Assembly (NCBI GenBank): GCA_038204165.1
Contig: JBBRDG010000004.1
Span: 4,330 to 68,329 of the forward strand
Direction: 5' to 3'
DNA: 64,000 nt
DNA from: Elusimicrobiales bacterium
GTDB lineage: Bacteria > Elusimicrobiota > Elusimicrobia > Elusimicrobiales > UBA9959
Part shown: positions 52,965 to 62,160 of the stretch, in pieces
How the letters are laid out: each line of letters begins with the position of its first letter
How positions within the stretch are numbered: the stretch's first letter is position 1
Made by a program: the position numbers and the translations under genes
Notes under the pieces: generated by a model
Told to the model about the DNA's origin: nothing
What the model saw: the letters and a program-made list of their open reading frames with translations, nothing else
Database searches by the model: none

Positions 52965-54119
52965 TTACTTTTTGCCGACCGCTATCAGCCGGGGAGCGCT
53001 GAACTTACCCTCGAAGCCGAGCAGGTCTACCAGCGCGATGCGCATATAGTAACTACCCGCGGGAAGTTTATCGTTGAGATCGATGGAGTCAAAGGCGTCG
53101 TAGTTCTTATCCAGCAGGAGCGCGGTAAAATTCTGGTCCTTTGAGACCTGCAGATGGTAGCTCTGCACGGGGTTAGCCACCGAGATCATCTTGACGATCT
53201 CGCTAGCGTCTATGTTCTTGTCATCGACGTTCCCGGCTTGGGGTATGCCCTTGGTCAGGTCCTTGTCCTTGGGCAGGGCGGCGGCCACTACCGGCCCCGT
53301 CTTAACCCCTTTCTTCATGTTCAGCGAGACTACTCCGCCATCGGTCTTCAGGCGTGTGCCCCCGGACCCTGCGAGCGCCGTCAGGGCGCCTGGCTCCAGT
53401 TCCGGCAGCGGCGGCAGTTTTACCGGCTGCGAGGGAGGCATGTCCATCTTTACTTCAGCGGCGAAGCCGGCGGAGACCTCCACGGTCTTACCCTGGGCCT
53501 CTACGTCGGCCTTACCTTTATAGACCTGCACCAGCGTGGTAAGGTCGTCATTAAGCCTGGCTCCGAATTCGGTATCCTTGGTCTTGGGCGTAATGCGGGC
53601 GGAGGCCGTGACCACGCGGGAGCGCAGGCCGCGCATTTCGCCGGCCAGCAGTTCCACGTCGGTGTTCTTCTTGCCGGGCGGGCGCAGGATGGCTATGGAA
53701 TTGGGATACAGGTTCAGGATCTCGCCGGTGTAGAAGCGGACGTCCGCGCGCGCGTCGGCGCGGGTACGCAGCGTATCGTTCTTAAAAAGGTCCATCTTAA
53801 GCGCCACGTTCTGCCAGTCCGAGACGCCGGTGCGGCGGAACAGCACTTCGTTAAGGGAATAGACCAGCTTGGCGGCGCGGTACTGCTCTTTTATCAGCCT
53901 CACCGGCACCTTGAGCTCCATGCCGGGCAGGGCCCGGGTCGGGTCAGAAGAGGGCAGGCGGTTGTATTTCAGAATCTCGTTCCAGCGGGTAGGGTCCTTA
54001 AGATAGGTATTGGAAATACTCCATAACGTGTCGCCCGGCTTCACGGTCATGGCCTGCAGCTCCTCGGCCGAGGCGGCGCCAGGCAGACAGAACAGCAGGG
54101 CCAGCAGCAGGGTTTTCAC
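52965..54119 (-). CDS. LysM + FecR-like domain secreted protein
   Basis: Signal peptide, then LysM (MTVKPGDTLWSISNTYLKDPTRWNEILKYNRL), a FecR-like beta-rich middle, and a C-terminal Ig/FN3-like segment (YHLQVSKDQNF). Confidence 0.75.
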   Translation of the reverse strand: MKTLLLALLFCLPGAASAEELQAMTVKPGDTLWSISNTYLKDPTRWNEILKYNRLPSSDPTRALPGMELKVPVRLIKEQYRAAKLVYSLNEVLFRRTGVSDWQNVALKMDLFKNDTLRTRADARADVRFYTGEILNLYPNSIAILRPPGKKNTDVELLAGEMRGLRSRVVTASARITPKTKDTEFGARLNDDLTTLVQVYKGKADVEAQGKTVEVSAGFAAEVKMDMPPSQPVKLPPLPELEPGALTALAGSGGTRLKTDGGVVSLNMKKGVKTGPVVAAALPKDKDLTKGIPQAGNVDDKNIDASEIVKMISVANPVQSYHLQVSKDQNFTALLLDKNYDAFDSIDLNDKLPAGSYYMRIALVDLLGFEGKFSAPRLIAVGKK

Positions 54120-56248
54120 GCTTCCACCTTCCTTATAACCTTGCCGGACAGGTCCTTGTCTAAATCCTTCGGCACCGAGAAAATGAACTTGGCGCCGGAG
54201 CCGGGCTCCGATTCCGCCCAGATCTTCCCGAGGTGGGCATTGGCCACGTACTTACAAATGGTGAGCCCCAGGCCGGTGCCGCCGGCTTTCTGACCTTTTA
54301 CCTGTTCAAACTTCTCAAAAACTTTATTCAGGTATTCCGGCGGGATACCGTCGCCGGTGTCGCGCACCCAGGCTACTATGTTTTCGCCGTCGTCGCGCAT
54401 GCCGGCGGTGATAACGCCGTTATCGGGCGTGAATTTTATGGCGTTGCCGATAAGGTTGGTGAACATGCGCTCCATCAGGCCGGAGTCCGCCTCCACGATC
54501 AGCTGTTCGGGGCCTTCGATCTCGAATTTAATATGTTTGCGCTGGCCCAGCGACTCCATGAGCTCTATGACCCGGGCCGCCACCTCGCGAAGATTGGTCG
54601 GGGCCAGCTTTATCTCCATCTTGCCGGCTTCCATCTTGGCCACGTCGAGGATATTGTTGATCATGCCGAGCAGGCGGAAAGAAGCGCGGTCGATGGAGAT
54701 CAGCATCTTCTTCTGCGCCTCGTTCACGGGGCCGGGGATTTCCTTGATCATGAACTCCACGAAACCTTTGATGGCGCCCATCGGGTTGCGTAAGTCGTGC
54801 GTGATAGAATGCAGGAACTCGTCTTTGATGCGGGCCAGTTCCTTATCCAGCGTTATGTCGTAAAAGCCCAGCAGCCTGCCCATGGGGGCGTCCTTGCCCG
54901 GCGCGATGATCGGAATGACGAAGCACTTGAAGAAGCGGCGGGAATGTTCCTGCGCCACTTCTATTTCCGCGTAATGGTTCTCCTTGCGGCTGGTGAGCAC
55001 TTCACCGACGGCGTCGTGCACCGGGCCCGGGGCGATCAGCTCCAGGATGCCGCGGCCCTCCACCGGCGCGGTGGCGGCCAGGCCTAGCACGGACCTGGCC
55101 TTGCGGTTGGCCAGCTGCGCCTTGTCAGCCATATCAATCATCACAATCCCGTCTTCAGTAGAGAAAAGGATGGCTTCAGTGTTCTTCTGCTCGCGGATGA
55201 TCTTGTCCACCTGCATGTCGGAATAGGTCTTGAGCTGCAAGACCATCTTGTTGAAAGTTTCGGCCAGGTCGCGCAGTTCGTCAGTGGTGTCAACTTCGGC
55301 CCGCCTGGAGAAGTCCCCGGCGGCCACGAATTCGGCAGCTCTGGTAAGCACGGTTATAGGTTTTGAAAGGCTGCGGCTCAGCACCCACGCGGCAAGCACG
55401 GCCAACGCGAGGAAAAGCAGCACGGCATAAACGGCCTGGCGCTTCATGAAAAGGGCGTAGCGGTACGCGCCCTCCTGCGGCTGGCTTACCACCACGGCAC
55501 CGCCCAGTTCCGGGATTGGCGCGTAGGCGCCCAGCATCTGCCGGCCCGCTTCGTCGGTGAACTCGGCCGAACCGGAGGAAAGGGATTTAACCGCGTCGCG
55601 GGAAAGACGCCAGCCCGCCGCGGCGGTTGCGGCCTCAGCCGGCAGGTCGCCGGGCCAGGCGATGGGCGCCCCGGAGGCGTCCAGGATGAGCGGAAAACCC
55701 TGTTCCCCTACCCTTTTAAGATCCAGGGAATCAATGAAGGAACCCAGGTCCAGTTCCGCCCGCAGGGCCATGTCCTTGCCGAAAGGGTAATAAAATACAG
55801 CGAGACGGGACTTGGCGTCTACCGCCAGGCTTCGCCTGCCGGCTCGGGCAATCTTTAAACCCAGAATAGCGGAGTAATTCTTGAGAGCTTCATTCTTCCC
55901 GCCAAAAGGAGTGATGATTTTGACCAGTTCGGACCCGTCGCGCGCGACAACGGAAATCTGCTTCAGTTCCCTGCGGGTCTCGAGCAGGGTGGCGAGCAGG
56001 ATCTGCTTGTTCTCCCAGTCCATGCGCTCCATAGCGGTCAGCACGGTGCGGAGCGAAACGTCGGCGCTGCGGATATAGCCGTTGAAGTCGGAGGCGATCT
56101 TGTCCGCGGCGGTGAGGTGGAGTTCCAGGATAGCGGTGCGGACGCCGAGCTGCCCCAGGCTTATCAGGCGCCAGCCCAACAGCGCCATAGGCAGTACGGA
56201 AACCAGTACCAGTACCGCCACGAATTTATGGATAAGCCGGAGTTTCAT
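54116..56248 (-). CDS. sensor histidine kinase (Cache-like periplasmic domain, HAMP, PAS, HisKA, HATPase_c)
   Basis: 710 aa. H-box FLHSITHDLRNP, N box NLIGNAIKFTP, G boxes DTGDGIP / GTGLGLTIC. 4-nt overlap with the LysM gene. Confidence 0.88.
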   Translation of the reverse strand: MKLRLIHKFVAVLVLVSVLPMALLGWRLISLGQLGVRTAILELHLTAADKIASDFNGYIRSADVSLRTVLTAMERMDWENKQILLATLLETRRELKQISVVARDGSELVKIITPFGGKNEALKNYSAILGLKIARAGRRSLAVDAKSRLAVFYYPFGKDMALRAELDLGSFIDSLDLKRVGEQGFPLILDASGAPIAWPGDLPAEAATAAAGWRLSRDAVKSLSSGSAEFTDEAGRQMLGAYAPIPELGGAVVVSQPQEGAYRYALFMKRQAVYAVLLFLALAVLAAWVLSRSLSKPITVLTRAAEFVAAGDFSRRAEVDTTDELRDLAETFNKMVLQLKTYSDMQVDKIIREQKNTEAILFSTEDGIVMIDMADKAQLANRKARSVLGLAATAPVEGRGILELIAPGPVHDAVGEVLTSRKENHYAEIEVAQEHSRRFFKCFVIPIIAPGKDAPMGRLLGFYDITLDKELARIKDEFLHSITHDLRNPMGAIKGFVEFMIKEIPGPVNEAQKKMLISIDRASFRLLGMINNILDVAKMEAGKMEIKLAPTNLREVAARVIELMESLGQRKHIKFEIEGPEQLIVEADSGLMERMFTNLIGNAIKFTPDNGVITAGMRDDGENIVAWVRDTGDGIPPEYLNKVFEKFEQVKGQKAGGTGLGLTICKYVANAHLGKIWAESEPGSGAKFIFSVPKDLDKDLSGKVIRKVEA

Positions 56249-56295
56249 AATCTTTGCGAGTTCATTATACCATTAGTTGCCGAGCCAGAGCCCGG

Positions 56296-56889
56296 TCAGA
56301 GCTTCCTTAGTTCCGGTAGCAGGCCCCTGAGCGCCAAGGCCCTATGGCTGAAGCCGTTCTTCTCAGCCCCGGAAAGCTCGGCCAGCGTCCGGCCCGAGTC
56401 GGTTATTTCAAAAAGCGGATCATACCCAAAACCGTTGCCGCCCCTGGCGGCCAGAGCTATGCGCCCTCCCAACGTTCCACGGGAAACCTTCGTCCTCCCG
56501 TCAGGGCAGGCGAGGGCCATCACGCAGGTGAAGTGCGCCGTCCGGCCTGCCAATGGCACCCCGGAGAGCTCGGTCAGGAGCCTGGCGTTATTTTCGGCCG
56601 CCGTGGCGTTCACTCCGGAGTACCTGGCGGAAAAGACACCTGGTGCCCCGCCAAGGGCGTCCACTTCCAGCCCCGTATCGTCGGCAAGAGCCCACTGTCC
56701 CGTGAACCGGGCCGCGGCGAGAGCCTTCTTGAGCGCGTTCTCCTCCAGCGTAGCCCCGTCCTCTTCGGCCGGCGCCGCGCCTGGAAAATCGGCAAGCGCC
56801 TTCAGGCCGAACGGCAAGTCCGGGAGTATCAAACGGATCTCATCCACCTTGTTAGAGTTGAAAGTGGCTATTACCAGAAGCTTTTGCAT
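56296..56889 (-). CDS. rdgB: dITP/XTP pyrophosphatase (RdgB/Ham1)
   Basis: IATFNSNKVDE, DDTGLEVDALGGAPGV.SARY, GFGYDPLF. 197 aa. Confidence 0.9.
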   Translation of the reverse strand: MQKLLVIATFNSNKVDEIRLILPDLPFGLKALADFPGAAPAEEDGATLEENALKKALAAARFTGQWALADDTGLEVDALGGAPGVFSARYSGVNATAAENNARLLTELSGVPLAGRTAHFTCVMALACPDGRTKVSRGTLGGRIALAARGGNGFGYDPLFEITDSGRTLAELSGAEKNGFSHRALALRGLLPELRKL

Positions 56890-56937
56890 AAATTAAAAAT
56901 AGTTATAAACCGCGGCAAATATATTAGAATATATTTT

Positions 56938-59310
56938 GTGGACGAAAATTTTTCAAATCTTAACATTTTTGCCGGGCCACAGGCTTCGTTCCTTCAGGCC
57001 CTGCCGGCTTTCTCCGCGGTGCCGGAACTGGCTTTCCCGGTAAAGCAGGAGAATACGGGCCAGGCCGCGCTGCACCACATCCCCCAGTTCGTGGAGAACG
57101 GACAGGCCATGCTGCCAGCCTTTACTTCCGCCGCGCTGCTTAACCCGCCGTTAATAAAACTTCCGGCCGGAGAAGCCGCGGTGATGCTTTTTCACGCGCC
57201 CAACAACGATTTCTTCAGCTTCAACCCCCAGCATCCGCAGGCGCGTACGGCCCTCTCGCCGCTCAGAGCTTCCCGCCGCGAGATTTCGCTGCTGGCCGGT
57301 TTCCTGCAGGCCGGCGCCAAGACCTCCAGCGACCCAGACCGGATGGCGGCCGGGGAATTCGCCCTTGGCCGGCTGCACGCCGCCCATTACCTTTTTACGC
57401 TGGCCGCTGCCAAGAACCCGGCCTCCAGAGCGCGTTTCGCGCTGAGCTCGGCACTGATAGAACTGGGCCTGCTGCAGGAAGCTTACGACGGGCTTAAGAC
57501 GGACCGGGACCCCGAAGCGCTGCTTAATCTTGCAGTGATACACAGGAAGACAGGCAACCAGCAAGCGGCAAGAGACATGCTGGCCGCCATTCCCCAGGGC
57601 ACCCCGTTTGAAGACCGGAAAACGGCGGAGCAGGCCTGGCTGGACCTGGAAACCGGCAAAGAAGTTGAAGCCGAAAAAGCCTTCAAGAGACTGGCCGCCA
57701 CCGCTTTCGAAAAGACCGAAGCGCTCTCGGGCCTCGGGGCCGCTATAGCAAAGACCGCTTTTAGGACCAAGGACAAGAGCAGGCTGACCGCGGCCGCCGA
57801 CACCCTCAGGTCCGCCCTGGTAACGCCTGCCGCCTCGTCCGCCCGTATTTTCTTCCAGCTCGGCAACCTCTATTTCCGTTCCGGAGATCCCGTCCAGGCC
57901 GAAGCCAGCTACCGCCGGTCCGCCGCAATGGCCCCTTCCATACAGGCCGTCGCCAACCTGGCGATGACGCTGCTAAAGACCGGCAGAATAGAGGAAGCCG
58001 CCGCGATAACTCTGAAGGTCGCTCTTACGGACGCCGCCTCGGCGGCTCGGCTCACCGCGGAATTCCCGAAAGACCGGCTCGCATCCCTTTTCCCTCCGCC
58101 CCAGGCCGCGCCGCAATATCAGGCTCCGGCGCAGCCCGCGTTCGCTCCGCGCCGCGAGGCGCCAGCTCAGCCCGCGCCGGCGGCCGATCTTCCACCTTTC
58201 GCGCAGCCCCGCCGCCAGGAAGCGCCAGTGCAGGCCGCGCCGCCTCCAGAGGCAAACAACTTCATTTTCCCCGGCATGCCCTCGACTCAGTCCGCTCCCG
58301 CCTCAGCCGCAGCCTCGCTGGCTCCGGCTCAGCCGGTAGCCCCGCCGCAACAAGTCTCTAATCGCACGCAGTCGCTGCAGCCTCAGAAAATACAGATGGA
58401 GACCTTCCAGGACATGATGGATTCTCATCCCATGCCCACCGAAGCCGAAAGCCGCAAGGATGATTTCATCTCCCGCGCCTTCCGCCTGGCCTCGGCACTG
58501 GAGGATGAACTAGGGCGCAAGATATATTTCAACATTGACGGCCTGGCGGAAGTGGAAAAAAAACTGCGCCTTACCTTTATTAAGACCAAGGGCAATCCCC
58601 AGGCCAACCTGGAGACGGTCAAGGACTGCTCCGCCTTCCTGTGCTATTTTCTGCAGGAGCGCTACAAAGGCCGCCTGATAAAGTTCGCCGATTTTGACCC
58701 CTGGGGCTGGCCCATGACCTTCCAGCAGCCGGGGCGAAAAATTACCACCTACCCGATACAGCGCGTCTGGCGGATGCTCTGGGAGCCCGCCGTGCCCGAG
58801 CCCGGCTGGCTGTCCAAGTATACTTCCTGGCTGGCCGATAACCTGAAAGAAAACACTCCCCCTTTAAGTGGGGCGGCGGCTGCGCGCGCCCATGTAATCA
58901 GCCACCAGGAAAGACTGGCCGACGCCCAGACGGAACACCGCCGCACCCTGTTACTTACGGCCTCGCTGCCGGAAACCTCGCAGGTGGAACTTGCCCGCAG
59001 CGGCCTGACAAAACTTGAAAGCGCCCTACGCAATAATTTCAGGGCCGACATCCCCCCCACCGCGGACGGCTGGAAACTGCTGCGCTGTTACGGCCATATC
59101 CTGGCGGAAATCATGATAAAGGATTTCAAAGCGGTCTGGTATAACACGGACGGCGAAGACGGCGGCTGGTCCATGCAGCTGCCCTGGAAGACCTTTATTT
59201 TCCCTATTGGCAAACTTTACAAGACCGCTTCAAGCCGCGGCAGCCTCGGCGAATACTACGAAACCATCCTGGCGGACAAGCTAAGGAACGTGGGCCCCGG
59301 GGCCGCATAG
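56938..59310 (+). CDS. large protein: unknown N-terminus, TPR-like repeats, Pro/Gln/Ala-rich linker, and a duplicated unknown C-terminal module
   Basis: The track ORF (56344-59310) overlaps rdgB on the opposite strand. The first plausible in-frame starts after rdgB are GTG 56938, GTG 57091 and ATG 57109, so the start is uncertain. Linker PPPQAAPQYQAPAQPAFAPRREAPAQPAPAADLPPFAQPRRQEAPVQAAPPPE. Confidence 0.6.
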   Translation: MDENFSNLNIFAGPQASFLQALPAFSAVPELAFPVKQENTGQAALHHIPQFVENGQAMLPAFTSAALLNPPLIKLPAGEAAVMLFHAPNNDFFSFNPQHPQARTALSPLRASRREISLLAGFLQAGAKTSSDPDRMAAGEFALGRLHAAHYLFTLAAAKNPASRARFALSSALIELGLLQEAYDGLKTDRDPEALLNLAVIHRKTGNQQAARDMLAAIPQGTPFEDRKTAEQAWLDLETGKEVEAEKAFKRLAATAFEKTEALSGLGAAIAKTAFRTKDKSRLTAAADTLRSALVTPAASSARIFFQLGNLYFRSGDPVQAEASYRRSAAMAPSIQAVANLAMTLLKTGRIEEAAAITLKVALTDAASAARLTAEFPKDRLASLFPPPQAAPQYQAPAQPAFAPRREAPAQPAPAADLPPFAQPRRQEAPVQAAPPPEANNFIFPGMPSTQSAPASAAASLAPAQPVAPPQQVSNRTQSLQPQKIQMETFQDMMDSHPMPTEAESRKDDFISRAFRLASALEDELGRKIYFNIDGLAEVEKKLRLTFIKTKGNPQANLETVKDCSAFLCYFLQERYKGRLIKFADFDPWGWPMTFQQPGRKITTYPIQRVWRMLWEPAVPEPGWLSKYTSWLADNLKENTPPLSGAAAARAHVISHQERLADAQTEHRRTLLLTASLPETSQVELARSGLTKLESALRNNFRADIPPTADGWKLLRCYGHILAEIMIKDFKAVWYNTDGEDGGWSMQLPWKTFIFPIGKLYKTASSRGSLGEYYETILADKLRNVGPGAA

Positions 59311-59377
59311 GCCTTTCGGCCTTGATTCCGGCCGGATTTTTAGTAATAATTGTAAAGTAAAGATAGAGCAGGAGCCA

Positions 59378-60751
59378 ATGATGACAATACTCGCTAACCT
59401 CTTCTCCTCGTTGCTGCTGGCCGCCCCGGTTCAAGCCGGCCCGGCCTTAGACTCTCTAACCGCCATTACCGCCCCCCCGGCCACCATACCGGCCCCGGTC
59501 AAAGCCGGCTCTGAAACCCGCAAAGAATGGACCGTGCTGGTTTTTATGAACGGCAAAAGCAATGTGGAACCGTTCGCCCTGGCGGACTTTAACCGCTTCG
59601 AAACTCTGGGCTCTACAGAAAAAGTCAACATTGTAGTTGAACTGGGCCGCTCCCAGGGCCTGGACAACGATACTACCGCAGACGGCGACTGGGCCGGCGT
59701 ACGCCGCTTCTATGTTACCCGCGACACGGACACCGAGCACATTTCCTCTCCGCTGCTGGCCGACCTTGGCGCCGCCGACATGGGCGACTGGAAAGAGGCG
59801 GCGGCCTTCCTTAAATGGGGCAGGGCCGCCTACCCCGCGAAGAAATATCTCTTCGTGATCTGGGACCACGGCTGGGGCTGGATAGACCCGGTCGCCGCCT
59901 CCTGGAAAAACAGCGCAGGCTCCAAATCCATCTCTCACGATTTTGTGACCAAGCACTATATAGCTACAGCCGACATGGGCAAGATCTTCAAGGAGGCCGG
60001 CAAAGTAGACCTTTACATTTCCATGGCCTGCTTCATGCAGATGGCCGAAGTGGCCTACGAGCTTAAGGACGGCGCGGACGTCATAGTCGGCTCCGAGGAA
60101 GTGATCCAGCTTGCCAGTCTTAACTGGGAAGGTTTCCTGAGCACGCTGGAAAAGAATCCCGGGGCCGGGGCCGAGACCGCCGGCACTTATATGGTGGACA
60201 CTTTCCACGAGATGTATTCCCGCCCGGAATTCCAGCAGCAGCTCGCGGAGACCAAGTACGGCACCCAGCTTTCCGCGATCCGCGCGGCCAAACTGCCTGA
60301 GTTCGCGAAAAAGACAAAGACCTGGTACGGCCTGGCTATGGCCGCCGGGGACAAGCCCGCCCTCGCCAGGGCGAAAACCGAAGTGCTGCGCTTCGAGATA
60401 GGCGACGATACCACGGATCCGGACAAAAGGATTTCCTTCTACGGCGACCTGTACAACTTTGTAGAGTTGGCGGGCCGTTACGCTAACCCCGCACTCCCCG
60501 GCGCCAAAGAGCTGGCGTTGGCGGGCGAAGACCTTAAAACATTCATTGCCGCCGGCCTGACCATAAAGAACGTCTGGGTAGGAAAGGACCGTACCGGCAA
60601 GGAATATTCCAACACCCATGGTATTTCCATAAACCTCCCCGGTAAGCCCGGCAACCTTATTGAGTATTATCCCGCGTATTCAAAGCTCGCTTTCGAGAAA
60701 GCCTCCGGCTGGAACACGTTCTCAAAGTACCTTGAGAGCATAGGAGAATAA
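59378..60751 (+). CDS. clostripain-family (C11) cysteine peptidase, paralog 2
   Basis: Signal peptide. EWTVLVFMNGKSNV, VIWDHGWGW (His), YISMACFMQMAEV (Cys). Collinear with the 29168 paralog. Confidence 0.75.
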   Translation: MMTILANLFSSLLLAAPVQAGPALDSLTAITAPPATIPAPVKAGSETRKEWTVLVFMNGKSNVEPFALADFNRFETLGSTEKVNIVVELGRSQGLDNDTTADGDWAGVRRFYVTRDTDTEHISSPLLADLGAADMGDWKEAAAFLKWGRAAYPAKKYLFVIWDHGWGWIDPVAASWKNSAGSKSISHDFVTKHYIATADMGKIFKEAGKVDLYISMACFMQMAEVAYELKDGADVIVGSEEVIQLASLNWEGFLSTLEKNPGAGAETAGTYMVDTFHEMYSRPEFQQQLAETKYGTQLSAIRAAKLPEFAKKTKTWYGLAMAAGDKPALARAKTEVLRFEIGDDTTDPDKRISFYGDLYNFVELAGRYANPALPGAKELALAGEDLKTFIAAGLTIKNVWVGKDRTGKEYSNTHGISINLPGKPGNLIEYYPAYSKLAFEKASGWNTFSKYLESIGE

Positions 60752-60755
60752 GAAG

Positions 60756-61583
60756 GTGCCTCAGCCTCCTGAAGCGGGCTCGTCGTTCGGGCCCGCTTTT
60801 TTCTTTCTCTCGGCGAAGCAGCGCGGGGCTCTCTCCGCTTATTACGGCTACGCGCGCGCGGTGGACGACATAGCCGACGACCCTGCCCTGACGCCCGCGG
60901 AGAAAGCCGCCCGCCTGGAAGAGTGGCGCCGGACCGTGGACCGGATCTTCGCCGGGAAGCCCGCGGACAACACGCTGGAGCGCGACCTCGCCCTGGCCGT
61001 AAAGACTTTCCCCCTCAGACCCGAACATTTTCTACTGGTACTGGAAGGTGTAACCATGGACCTGAAAAAGTCCGGCTACGCCACGTACGCGGAGTTGGAA
61101 CTCTACATGTACCGGGTAGCTTCTGCCGTGGGCCTGGCCTGCCTGGCCGTCTGCGGCTACGAAGCCCCCGGGGCGGGACTGCTCGCGGAAAAGTTGGGGC
61201 ACGCGGTGCAGCTCACCAACATCATCCGCGACGCGGCCGAAGACTACGCCGCCGGCCGGGTCTACCTGCCGGCCGAGGACCTGGCCCGTTTCGGCTGCCC
61301 GGCAGCCTGCCTCGGCGGTTCCAATTACCCTCCCAATTTAATAGAATTGATGAAATTCGAAGCGGCCCGGGCCCGGGGCCTGTATGCCGAAGCGCTGGCA
61401 CTGGCCGAGCCACGGCTTAAGCGCAGCCTGGCTGCCCCGCTAGCAATGGGCGGACTGTACCGGGAGCTGCTCCGAAAGATTGAACGCGGCGGGTTCAGGA
61501 TAAAAGAAGGCCGGGTGCGGCTCACCCGCTTCGAGAAAGCCCTGGCGCTGTTCAAAGTCTGGCTGGACTACCTCAAGATCTGA
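60756..61583 (+). CDS. squalene/phytoene synthase family protein (HpnD/CrtB-like)
   Basis: Asp-rich motifs [11 protein letters not shown] and [18 protein letters not shown]; [13 protein letters not shown] start 4 nt after the C11 stop. Confidence 0.75.
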   Translation: MPQPPEAGSSFGPAFFFLSAKQRGALSAYYGYARAVDDIADDPALTPAEKAARLEEWRRTVDRIFAGKPADNTLERDLALAVKTFPLRPEHFLLVLEGVTMDLKKSGYATYAELELYMYRVASAVGLACLAVCGYEAPGAGLLAEKLGHAVQLTNIIRDAAEDYAAGRVYLPAEDLARFGCPAACLGGSNYPPNLIELMKFEAARARGLYAEALALAEPRLKRSLAAPLAMGGLYRELLRKIERGGFRIKEGRVRLTRFEKALALFKVWLDYLKI

Positions 61584-61596
61584 CACCGGAGAAACT

Positions 61597-62160
61597 ATGC
61601 TTAAATCTGACGCCTGGATACGCGAAAACTGCCGCAAGCACAAGATGATCGCCCCCTTCGTGGAAGGCCTGGTGGCCAAGGGCAAGGTCTCCTACGGCCT
61701 TTCCTCCTACGGCTACGACATCCGCGTTTCCAACGAGTACAAGGTCTTCACCGACGTGCACAACTGCGTAGTGGACCCCAAGGCTTTCAACGACAAGTCC
61801 TTCGTGGACATCAAGGCCCCGTACTGCATCGTGCCGGCGCATTCCTTCGCGCTGGCCCGCTCGGTGGAATACTTCCGCATCCCCAGGGACGTGATAGGGC
61901 TGTGCATCGGCAAGAGCACTTACGCGCGCTGCGGCATCGTGGTCAACATTACGCCGCTGGAACCCGAATGGGAAGGGCACCTTACGCTGGAAATTTCCAA
62001 CACCACCCCGCTGCCCGCAAAAATCTACTCCAACGAAGGGATCGCGCAGCTGGTCTTCCTCGGGACGGACCAGGTCTGCGAAACCTCCTATAAGGACAGG
62101 AAGGGCAAGTACCAGGCCCAGCGCGGGGTCACGCTCCCCCGCATCCTGAGAAAATCGTGA
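61597..62160 (+). CDS. dcd: dCTP deaminase
   Basis: [32 protein letters not shown], and the C-terminal [10 protein letters not shown]. 187 aa. Confidence 0.92.
   Translation: MLKSDAWIRENCRKHKMIAPFVEGLVAKGKVSYGLSSYGYDIRVSNEYKVFTDVHNCVVDPKAFNDKSFVDIKAPYCIVPAHSFALARSVEYFRIPRDVIGLCIGKSTYARCGIVVNITPLEPEWEGHLTLEISNTTPLPAKIYSNEGIAQLVFLGTDQVCETSYKDRKGKYQAQRGVTLPRILRKS

Noticed and set aside
56344-56937. N-terminal ~198 codons of the 988-aa track ORF
   Set aside because: This part is antisense to the well-supported rdgB gene and is Arg/Pro/Gly-rich. The real gene most likely starts after 56889 (GTG 56938, or later GTG/ATG).
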